Origin: Verrucomicrobiota bacterium | Lineage (GTDB): Bacteria > Verrucomicrobiota > Verrucomicrobiia > Verrucomicrobiales > DEV007 | Direction: 5' to 3' | Assembly: GCA_020630975.1 (NCBI GenBank) | Contig: JAHDID010000006.1 | Span: forward strand, 91,182 to 155,181 | Length of the DNA stretch: 64,000 bases | Part shown: positions 56,422 through 64,000 of the stretch, piece after piece | Layout of the letters: each line of letters starts with the position of its first letter | Position numbering within the stretch: the stretch's first letter is position 1 | Position numbers and translations under genes: made by a program | The notes under the pieces: model-generated | What the model was told of the DNA's origin: nothing | Database searches by the model: none | The model's input: the letters and a program-made list of their open reading frames with translations, nothing else

Positions 56422-56880
56422 ATGGGCATTTATCGACCAAATGTGGCCGCCATCCTCAGAAAACCGAAATCTGGCAAGATCCTGATCTGCCAGAGAGCTG
56501 ATCACCCAGACTGTTGGCAGTTTCCGCAAGGCGGGGTGGACGAGGGCGAAGACCTGATCGGTGCCGTCTACCGCGAGGTGGAGGAAGAGATCGGGCTGCA
56601 CCGATCGACCTACACGCTGGAGGCCTGCCGCACAGGCTATCGCTACAACTTCCCCGACGGGCACCTCAAAAAAGGCCTCTACTGCGGGCAGGAGCAGACC
56701 TACTTTCTCTGCGACTTTCTCGGCAAAAAGAAAGACATCTACTTCGACACCACGTCCCATGTGGAGTTCAGCGCAGCGAACTGGATCGCTCCTGAAGAAT
56801 TTTCCCTCAAGTGGGTCCCGAAATTCAAACGCGACGTCTTCCGCCAAGTATTCTATGACTTTTTCCAAGTCTCTCTATAG
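56422..56880 (+). CDS. NUDIX hydrolase (RppH-like)
   Basis: YRPNVAAI, WQFPQGGVDEGE...AVYREVEEEIGL, GQEQTYF. Confidence 0.9.
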   Translation: MGIYRPNVAAILRKPKSGKILICQRADHPDCWQFPQGGVDEGEDLIGAVYREVEEEIGLHRSTYTLEACRTGYRYNFPDGHLKKGLYCGQEQTYFLCDFLGKKKDIYFDTTSHVEFSAANWIAPEEFSLKWVPKFKRDVFRQVFYDFFQVSL

Positions 56881-56889
56881 TGCCAGCCT

Positions 56890-57375
56890 ATGAAAACCCT
56901 CATCGCTATGCGCCATGCCAATGCCGGCTGGGGTAGTCCCGGCATGGACGACCACGATCGCCCGCTGGATGCCAAAGGGCTATCCGATATCCCTCCCATG
57001 GCACAGCGTCTGCTCGCTGGTGGCTGGGTACCGCAGACTATCCTGTGCAGCTCTGCCACGCGCACCCAGACCACAGCTATCAATCTCGCTACTGAGCTGG
57101 GCTGTCGAGACTGTATCCGCATCAGCCGAGAAGCCTACTTGGCCCCGCCCGAGATACTGCTACAGCTCACCCAGCAGCTCGATGAAGAAGCCGATGTCGG
57201 TCTGATAGTGGCTCACAATCCCGGTATGCATCAGTTCGCCTGTGAATTGATCGGCAATCAGCAAGAAGTGAACCACTTTCCCCCGCTATCTGCAGCCGTC
57301 ATAAGCCTACAGATCGACTACTGGGGAGAAATCGACCGTGCGTCTGGTTCTTTGATCCAGCACCTCTACCCGTGA
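56890..57375 (+). CDS. sixA: SixA-like histidine phosphatase
   Basis: MRHANA, DHDRPL...G, SSATRTQTT, AHNPG. Confidence 0.85.
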   Translation: MKTLIAMRHANAGWGSPGMDDHDRPLDAKGLSDIPPMAQRLLAGGWVPQTILCSSATRTQTTAINLATELGCRDCIRISREAYLAPPEILLQLTQQLDEEADVGLIVAHNPGMHQFACELIGNQQEVNHFPPLSAAVISLQIDYWGEIDRASGSLIQHLYP

Positions 57376-57478
57376 TCGCCGCACGGGGGGCTGTGATGCG
57401 GCGCTTCTGGGAGAAAGGGTATTTATTGTATTTACCATAAACTTAGGCGATGTTTCGGACGAAACACGACCCAAACCC

Positions 57479-58160
57479 ATGAAAGACCTCTGCAGCAGCT
57501 ATCGCATCTCCGCGAAGCTCCCCTCGGCTACCAGTCATCGCCTCAATCAACCCCAGTGCACCGATGCGAAAAAGAAACACTGGCTCGACAAACGGCTACA
57601 AAATTTAGAATTTAGCGACGTGCAGATGGAACTCCGAGTTCATCGAGCGAGTACAAGACCTCACCCTATATCTGAAAACCTCTGGGCAGCGGAGCGAAAT
57701 CAACGTCAAACTCATCCGAGAAGCCGAGCAGCAGGGCATCGTCGATCGCCCAGATCGCGGTCTCTACGGCTATCGACAGGTCCTACAGGTCCTGATGCTG
57801 GAGCTGCTTACCGATCTGGATTCCCATCTATCGCAGTCAGACATCGCCACACGGCTCACCGACCTAGCGGACGACACTTACCGACAAATCTTGATCGGCG
57901 ACCAGCGGCAGGCGCTGAGCTATATCGATCAGCTGAAGACTAAACCCACCCGCGCTCTCTCGACCGCTAAGAAAGTGCGCCAGATTGAAAAACTTTCTCC
58001 TAGCAGATATACCCAGCCCACCCTGAGCACCCGCGTGCCTGTAGTCGACGGACTGGAGCTCCTCGTAGACGAAAACTTCACACTTCCCGAAGAGCCTCTG
58101 GCACTCCAGGATCTTTTGCGGCAGTTCCAATCATCACTACGAACTGTAAAATCAGATTAA
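57479..58160 (+). pseudogene. MerR-like HTH regulator split by a frameshift near 57630
   Basis: The frame of ORF 57795..58160 is open from 57609 and reads EFIERVQDL...EINVKLIREAEQQGIVDRPDRGLYGYRQVLQVLMLELL, but has no in-frame ATG before 57795; ATG 57626 and ORF 57479 are in another frame. Confidence 0.5.
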
Positions 58161-58256
58161 CAGTCATAGCCTGCCGCTACTGATCATGAAATAAGATCGA
58201 GGATCTCTCACAAGAATGCCTCGCGAATGCTCATAGAATATTTTTATTGTTTTTAT

Positions 58257-58299
58257 TAATATTATGGTTATATTAAATTTATATAACCCCATAATATTA
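58257..58299. promoter_or_regulatory. Long AT-rich imperfect palindrome, candidate operator
   Basis: TAATATTATGGTTATAT-N7-ATATAACC(CC)ATAATATTA; 17-bp arms with one 2-nt bulge; ends 3 nt before ATG 58303. Confidence 0.55.
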
Positions 58300-58302
58300 C
58301 AC

Positions 58303-58818
58303 ATGAGACATTCACTAAGCACTAAATCATCCCGCCCGACCTTTTCTGAAAACCTGAGAAACATCGGTAGAGAATGGCGTTCCAAGACTTCTAAGGCCGG
58401 AATCGACTTTCACGCTGATATCCCGAGCCAACTCAAGTGCGAAGCCAATTTGCAACAAGTGACTGAGACAGTGAATCACCTCATCGATATCCATCATAAT
58501 GCATTGGCCGCCAATCCATCGAGCGCTCTGAAGCATCCCCGAGTGGATCTGAATGTAACCGACGAAGGTGATCAGATCGCGATTTCGGTGTCCAATAACT
58601 TAGCCGTGCTCGATGCTCAATCTGCGGATATAGCCTCAGACCCAGGCGATCAGGACTTTTTGTTTGAGTTCGATTCGAATGTCGGCAATCGACTGACCGT
58701 CTGCTATCCGACCGGTGTCACACTTCACCAAAAGGCAGCCGACCAGCTACGCGCCTTCTTTCGCGCCAACCGTAGCGTGAAAGAACAAAAGCCACAGCTG
58801 GAAGCGGCCAACGTCTAA
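58303..58818 (+). CDS. Hypothetical protein with degenerate HATPase-like pattern
   Basis: LQQVTETVNHLID..HNAL...VDLNVTDEGDQIAISVSNN; no DxG/GxG boxes. Confidence 0.6.
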   Translation: MRHSLSTKSSRPTFSENLRNIGREWRSKTSKAGIDFHADIPSQLKCEANLQQVTETVNHLIDIHHNALAANPSSALKHPRVDLNVTDEGDQIAISVSNNLAVLDAQSADIASDPGDQDFLFEFDSNVGNRLTVCYPTGVTLHQKAADQLRAFFRANRSVKEQKPQLEAANV

Positions 58819-58848
58819 AGCGAACTTTGGGTGAAATGCAGGCTAGCC

Positions 58849-59703
58849 CTATCGCGAAGTGGCATTGAGCGCATCGACTGCCGCCGGCTCCCGCCATCTA
58901 TGGTGCTCCTGCATCCACCTGAGCAGGTCCTGGCGGGCGTGGTGCACGGCTTCCTTTATCTCATAGCCTCTAGCCAGATACGCCGCTATAGCAGCAGACA
59001 GGGTACACCCTGTACCGTGTAGGTCGGGCACTTCCAAGCGCTCAGCCCGATATACCTGCCCTGCGCCACCCGGGGACCGCAGCACATCGCAGATCTCCCC
59101 GCCACGAGCCTCCATGTGCCCTCCCTTCACCAGGATCGGGACACCTATCGTGTCTGCTAGAGCTTCTGCTAGCTCCTGCTGAGCAGCTACGGAAGAGATC
59201 CCTGCCACGCCAGTGCTTACCGCACATCCACACAATTCGCTCATCGCTATCGCCTCCGATAGATTGGGCGTGATCAGTGCCGCCCTGGGAAATAACTGGT
59301 CCGCGAGAGCCCTATAGACGGTGTGCCCCGCCAGTGGCTCGTCGCCGGCAGTCGCACGAGCGACCGGATCGATCACTATGGGCACCTCGCCATCCATATC
59401 CCAAGACTGCAGCCACTCTGCCACACACTGGACGATCTCGATCGCTCCCATCATACCGATTTTGATAGCAGCGATCGGGTATGACGCCCCATACAGTGCC
59501 AGCTGGTCAGCCAACTGCCTCTCATTTACCGGATTGAGCGAGAGAAACTTCCCCGGCCGCTGCACGGTGAGGGCGGTAGGTGCGGCTATGCCATACACCC
59601 CAAGCCGCTCAAAAGTCCGGCAATCAGCCAACACACCGGCTCCAGCAGAGCCATCGAAGCCTGCCACTGTCAGTGCCACCGGTACTTCTCGATCTTTCGA
59701 CAT
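58849..59703 (-). CDS. thiD: Hydroxymethylpyrimidine/phosphomethylpyrimidine kinase
   Basis: LTVAGFDGSAGAGVLAD, IKIGMM, VIDPV, ITPNLSEA, KGGH, HGTGCTLSAAIA. Confidence 0.93.
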   Translation of the reverse strand: MSKDREVPVALTVAGFDGSAGAGVLADCRTFERLGVYGIAAPTALTVQRPGKFLSLNPVNERQLADQLALYGASYPIAAIKIGMMGAIEIVQCVAEWLQSWDMDGEVPIVIDPVARATAGDEPLAGHTVYRALADQLFPRAALITPNLSEAIAMSELCGCAVSTGVAGISSVAAQQELAEALADTIGVPILVKGGHMEARGGEICDVLRSPGGAGQVYRAERLEVPDLHGTGCTLSAAIAAYLARGYEIKEAVHHARQDLLRWMQEHHRWREPAAVDALNATSR

Positions 59704-59720
59704 CGCTTATCTCTAGACAC

Positions 59721-59751
59721 AAAAAAGGGGTGTCGCGAGAGCGAAACCCCT
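59721..59751 (-). terminator. Intrinsic terminator after the lipoprotein gene
   Basis: Minus strand AGGGGTTTCGC-TCTC-GCGACACCCCT followed by a T run. Confidence 0.72.
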
Positions 59752-59800
59752 ATTTGGTTAATCGTTATGTTTCGCTGAGCTTGTTGCCCAGAGTTGTCAT

Positions 59801-60226
59801 TTAGCCAGACACCTTCACAGCAGAAGGATTGCCATCCTCGCCGTTGATGTAAGACATCTTCAGATTCCAGTGGTCTGCGATCACCTTCAGAAGCTCTCGA
59901 CGCGAGATATTCGCAGACTCGTAGCTGAAAGTCGGAGCAGAGGCTGGAAGCCCTTCTGTCTGGTAATGAATGTCATTCAGGGGAACTTGATCGAAGATCA
60001 ACTCAGGCGTCATAGCCCTGTATTTGACCTCGAATCTTTCCTCCATCCAGTTGTCTAGAGGCTCATAGGCTGTCTGGAGGAAACCTGATGTGTTTGGTGG
60101 GGTGGTTGTGCCAGCTGGGGCACCTGAGTCCACTACGGCGTTTCCTGCCTGATTGGTCGATTGACAGCCGATAGCCGCCAGTGCGAATGCCAGGCATGAA
60201 ATTGTGAGGAACGTGCGTATGCTCAT
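59801..60226 (-). CDS. Hypothetical lipoprotein
   Basis: Lipobox AIGC after a hydrophobic leader. Confidence 0.75.
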   Translation of the reverse strand: MSIRTFLTISCLAFALAAIGCQSTNQAGNAVVDSGAPAGTTTPPNTSGFLQTAYEPLDNWMEERFEVKYRAMTPELIFDQVPLNDIHYQTEGLPASAPTFSYESANISRRELLKVIADHWNLKMSYINGEDGNPSAVKVSG

Positions 60227-60416
60227 ATCTTTCTCAAATGTACCAAACTTCGTATTTTTGTCTCCTAAAAATCACTATTTCTTTGAACTAGCCTCTGGAG
60301 TGGGAAACAAGTCTGGTAGAACTCTTACTGTGTGTCGTATTCATGGCCTATCCCACTGATTGCCACCGACTACTAAAACGCGCGAAGTTTAGATTTATTA
60401 TAACAAACCAACCAGC

Positions 60417-60893
60417 ATGAGAACCGTCATCTACCCTGGAAGTTTCGATCCTGTGCACCACGGTCACCTGGAAGTGATCGAAAGAGCCTCGCGCCTCTGC
60501 GATGAAGTCGTCGTCGCCGTCGCTTCCAATTCCGAGAAAAACGCCCTATTCACCAGCGCAGAGAGAGTGGCACTGCTCGAGGAGACCACCACTCATATCA
60601 GCAATTGCAAGATCACCTCTTTCCAAGGGCTACTGGTCGACTTCTTTCGGCAAACAGAGGCCAATGCCGTAGTCCGCGGCCTGCGGGCTGTATCCGATTT
60701 TGAGTACGAATTCCAAATGGCCCTGATGAACCGCAGCCTGAATATCGACCTGGAAACCATCTTCCTCGTCCCCAGCCAAGAAAGAATCTTCCTCAGCAGT
60801 CGGATCATCAAGGAAGTCGCTAGGCTGGAAGGCGATATCTCAGAACTGGTCCCCGCCGTCGTAAAGGATGCGGTCTGGAAAAAATTTCATTGA
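60417..60893 (+). CDS. coaD: Phosphopantetheine adenylyltransferase
   Basis: YPGSFDPVHHGH, RGLRAVSDFEYE, LSSRIIKE. Confidence 0.97.
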   Translation: MRTVIYPGSFDPVHHGHLEVIERASRLCDEVVVAVASNSEKNALFTSAERVALLEETTTHISNCKITSFQGLLVDFFRQTEANAVVRGLRAVSDFEYEFQMALMNRSLNIDLETIFLVPSQERIFLSSRIIKEVARLEGDISELVPAVVKDAVWKKFH

Positions 60894-61007
60894 TCCATAC
60901 AACTAATTTTTCAGAGCCGATCCAATCCTTGAATTCTTTTCTCATTTCTGATAAGTCACGTTTGACACTGGAACTATTCTGTTGCAAACCTGTGGCCGTT
61001 TTCACCC

Positions 61008-61508
61008 ATGCGTTGTTTCAAGTGCAATAGCCTGGAGGACCGTGTCATCGATTCCCGCACCGCCAAAGATGGATTTTCCATCCGCCGACGGCGTGAGTGT
61101 CTCGCCTGCGGTTCTCGTTTCACCACCTATGAGCAGGTGGAGAGAGAGCATGTGCTTGTGATCAAGCGCGATGGCACACGCGAGTCATTCAAACCTGAAA
61201 AACTATTGGCAGGTCTGATCAAAGCCTGTGAAAAGCGCCCAGTATCCATCGAGACGCTGGAAGCCACAGTCGACTCAGTGTACATGGAGCTAGTGGCCGA
61301 GGAAGTGAAAGAAGTGCCCGCGCGCACTGTAGGTCTAAAGGTAATGAACCAACTGCGTCATATCGACCCAGTCGCCTTTGTACGATACGCCTCTGTCTAC
61401 CGCCAGTTCCAAGAAGTGGGTGAATTCAACGAAGTGATCGAGTCTCTCGAGCACTCCCCACCAGATACACAATCCCAACCTGAACTGACCGGCACCCTAT
61501 CAGAATAA
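61008..61508 (+). CDS. nrdR: Transcriptional repressor NrdR
   Basis: CxxC...RRRRECxxC..RFTTYE plus ATP cone, VAFVRYASVYR. Confidence 0.97.
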   Translation: MRCFKCNSLEDRVIDSRTAKDGFSIRRRRECLACGSRFTTYEQVEREHVLVIKRDGTRESFKPEKLLAGLIKACEKRPVSIETLEATVDSVYMELVAEEVKEVPARTVGLKVMNQLRHIDPVAFVRYASVYRQFQEVGEFNEVIESLEHSPPDTQSQPELTGTLSE

Positions 61509-61587
61509 CCCCACCAAGTTCATACTTCGGTAAGATTTCTGAGCCATCAGTCCATAGAAACACACAAGAAACACAAATACCACCACC

Positions 61588-62154
61588 ATGATATCACTAC
61601 CTCATCACCTCCCCCTTGTCCGCGTCGGCAGCAATTGCCTGGCTGTATGCGACGACGATTGGCTCGAGGACAAAATCCTCGATGCAGCTGAAGGGACCGA
61701 CCTGCCACAGTGGAAAGTCGAAGCCATCTCTAAAGGGGTGTACCGCTTCCTCAGCAAGTCTTACAAAGGCACCGTCATCGAGAGCGATGAACTCATCGCC
61801 CTCATCGCCAGACTCCTCGAATCCACAGGGCTCGGCCATGTCGCTGCTCGCATCGACAATAGCCCTCCGACTGTGCGTATATCTCTATCAGACCTCGCAC
61901 GCCGTGCAGGCTCGACCCACGATCTGGCTTTTTTCCAGCTCCTCGAAGACAAATGCAGAGAAGTACTCGAGAGCGGCGCATCGAGTGTGATTTGCTCAGG
62001 CATGGAGAGGTGTATCGCCACTCTGCGCAGCAATCGTCGCTGGAATATGTCCGACGAATCCCTGCAACAGGAGATCGAGTCGCGCATCGACGAATTTCGC
62101 TACATGGGCGAGCTCAATAGCCCTGTGTTTAACGTAGCCGTAGCGGTGGAATGA
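61588..62154 (+). CDS. Hypothetical protein
   Basis: 188 aa, host-like codons, ATGA overlap with the HIT gene. Confidence 0.72.
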   Translation: MISLPHHLPLVRVGSNCLAVCDDDWLEDKILDAAEGTDLPQWKVEAISKGVYRFLSKSYKGTVIESDELIALIARLLESTGLGHVAARIDNSPPTVRISLSDLARRAGSTHDLAFFQLLEDKCREVLESGASSVICSGMERCIATLRSNRRWNMSDESLQQEIESRIDEFRYMGELNSPVFNVAVAVE

Positions 62155-62495
62155 CCCTTTTCGAGAAAATAATCGCCCGGGAAATACCCGCAGACATCGT
62201 CCACGAAGACGATGTCTGCATCGCATTTCACGATATCGCGCCTCAGGCACCGATCCACATTCTGATCGTACCGAAGAAAGTGATCCCCAGAGTCGGCGAA
62301 GCCACGGAGGAAGATCAGTCCATTCTCGGTCATCTACTCCTGACTGCGGGCCAGATCGCTAGCGAGCTGGGAGTAAATAATACGGAAAAAGGCTTCCGTA
62401 TCGCAATAAACCACGGTAAAAACGGCGGTGAAACAGTGCCACACCTGCACGTGCATATGCTCTCTGGTAGACCTCTAGAATGGCCTCCGGGTTAG
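62151..62495 (+). CDS. Histidine triad (HIT) nucleotide-binding protein
   Basis: TLFEKII..EIP, DIAPQAP.H, HLHVHML. Confidence 0.96.
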   Translation: MTLFEKIIAREIPADIVHEDDVCIAFHDIAPQAPIHILIVPKKVIPRVGEATEEDQSILGHLLLTAGQIASELGVNNTEKGFRIAINHGKNGGETVPHLHVHMLSGRPLEWPPG

Positions 62496-62618
62496 CAACT
62501 CGCGATTTTGTGACATTTTTCACCCACCGTTAGGTGACGTTTCTGCGCACGCCTTGTTACTTGAATCAAGAGCGCGATCGGGTAATCGTAACTTAACGCG
62601 TCCACCATCGTTCAAAAT

Positions 62619-64000
62619 ATGTCCGACCAGATTAGCACTCTCCAATCCACTCTAGCCTCCTCCCCTAACAATTGGGAAGCCAGATTTGGCCTGATCTCAG
62701 CCCTGCACCAGGAGGCGCGGACAGATGAAGCCGTCGAGCTGCTGAGCGAGATCACCGAGCTGCCAACCGACGACAAATCAATTGTTTACGCAGCGCAGTG
62801 TTACCAAGTTTTAGGAGCCAGTGCTCAAGCACAGAGCGTGTATGAGACAGCTCTCGGGCTAAACGCCAACAACGAAGCCGCCAAAGCCGGTTTGCGCTCC
62901 CTAGGAGTCGAGCCCGATGCCCCGGTAGCCGCAGTAGCCGTGATCCCAGATGACGAGCCCCCTGCAGCCGCGGTGGTAGTGGCAGAGCCTGCTGACGAGC
63001 CCGTCGCAGCAGTAGCCGTCGAACCAATCGTAGCCAAGGCAACACCAGCTCCCACCGATGGTAGCCAGACAGTTTCCCTCGCCAGCGCAGCCTCGGTGGC
63101 TCCAGCAGCAGCCATAGCTGCCCAGCCCAAAATAGCTCAGCCCACTCACGCAGCTCCCACCATCACCCGCGATGATACAAACGAGTATGATCCTGAGACT
63201 GCAGAACTGATCGACCACATCGCACTAGCGGAGGAAGAATCCAAGCGCCGCCACCAGGCAGCCATCGCGCGCGACCGGATCAATTCTGTCGTCGTCACCA
63301 TCCTAGTTCACGTGGCAGTCATCTTCCTGCTCGGCTTGGTGATTCAGAAAGTGCCACGCCGGACTCCGCCTCAGATCGTAGCTAGCTCGTCGGCAGAGAC
63401 CAATGAGCCAGCTCTAGAAAAGCAAGTGCTCAAGAAAAACAGCCTAAAGGCTGAGCAGGCTACCGATACCTCGGCCGCCGACATTCTTTCTGTCCCATCT
63501 ATCTCAGCGATCTCCATGTCATCCATGGATTCGTTCACTGGTGCCGACATCCCAGTCGAGACAGGTATGACTTTCCAGCCATCCATGTCGATGGGCATGC
63601 CCTCCTCCTCTCAGTCGATGATGATGTTTGGCCAGCCACTCGAGGGTGAGACGCTAGGCGTGATCCTAGACGTATCCGGATCGATGGCGGAGTATCTGCC
63701 TCTGGTCATTCGTGAGGTGGACAAAAACTTCAAGGACGCACCGATCGTCTATGTACGGAATGCCCGCATCCAGCCCGAGAAACGCGAAGTGAATATCCGC
63801 CCTATCGTGAAGGAAGAGGTGGTTCCACGTCGCGCTAATGGCACTCATAGTCCTTTTTGGTTTCTCTGGGGCGATCTGCCGAGAAAGGCACCACAGCGTT
63901 CCGTCGACCGTCTGATCGAGACATTCAAAACTCGCCCTAACCAGTTCCTAGCCGTCGGCGAGGATGGGCATTGGCATGGCGGCGATCGTGTCGGCGAAGC
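62619..64000 (+). CDS. TPR + Ala/Pro linker + TM + vWA-domain protein, runs off the window (partial)
   Basis: Open frame from ATG 62619 to the window end: helical repeats, PVAAVAV linker, TM, ILDVSGSM MIDAS motif. Absent from the ORF track because there is no stop. Confidence 0.8.
   Translation, partial: MSDQISTLQSTLASSPNNWEARFGLISALHQEARTDEAVELLSEITELPTDDKSIVYAAQCYQVLGASAQAQSVYETALGLNANNEAAKAGLRSLGVEPDAPVAAVAVIPDDEPPAAAVVVAEPADEPVAAVAVEPIVAKATPAPTDGSQTVSLASAASVAPAAAIAAQPKIAQPTHAAPTITRDDTNEYDPETAELIDHIALAEEESKRRHQAAIARDRINSVVVTILVHVAVIFLLGLVIQKVPRRTPPQIVASSSAETNEPALEKQVLKKNSLKAEQATDTSAADILSVPSISAISMSSMDSFTGADIPVETGMTFQPSMSMGMPSSSQSMMMFGQPLEGETLGVILDVSGSMAEYLPLVIREVDKNFKDAPIVYVRNARIQPEKREVNIRPIVKEEVVPRRANGTHSPFWFLWGDLPRKAPQRSVDRLIETFKTRPNQFLAVGEDGHWHGGDRVGE

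Noticed and set aside
59704-59800. TPP riboswitch upstream of thiD
   Set aside because: No CUGAGA core on the coding strand; the hairpin is a plain terminator of the upstream gene.
1126-63848. The many short ORFs overlapping well-supported genes in other frames or strands
   Set aside because: Shadow ORFs of a GC-rich genome with no motifs of their own.
1-64000. HIP1-like excess of CGATCG / GCGATCGC
   Set aside because: Explicable by frequent ATC, GAT and GCG codons; an odds ratio would be needed and could not be computed.

Overview
Bacterial chromosomal window. The gene content (sulfatases, Tat-exported Gfo/Idh/MocA oxidoreductases, PQQ-type beta-propeller, SHD1-like domain) points to a PVC-group organism, probably a Verrucomicrobium; this is an inference, no database search was run. 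Housekeeping genes (mutM, ppk1, dnaB, thiD, coaD, nrdR, HIT) are mixed with accessory DNA. No rRNA, tRNA, CRISPR array, integrase or transposase was seen. Main signals missed by the ORF track: (1) a hidden selenoprotein-type gene at 25767-26428, with a thioredoxin-like U-G-P-C motif, an in-frame TGA and a consensus bacterial SECIS hairpin; it also has a TAG in its signal peptide and a -1 frame change exactly at a C_CCA_AAG slippery heptamer, and is flanked by 72/70-bp direct repeats; (2) a dispersed repeat family (ATTGTACCCTATTGAAT) in 21-bp-period tandem arrays at five intergenic loci; (3) two attC-like sites with identical geometry and cassette-like ORFs but no integrase (29.0-30.3 kb); (4) a 14-kb glycosylation/export locus (7.4-21.3 kb) containing a GT2 glycosyltransferase fused to an intact receiver domain, a 1125-aa GT-C enzyme, and a TolC/adaptor pair with no recognisable inner-membrane pump; (5) a decayed hicAB pair and a frameshifted MerR-like gene next to a long AT-rich palindrome. 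All calls were made by eye from motifs and base pairing; refined start codons are my choices.
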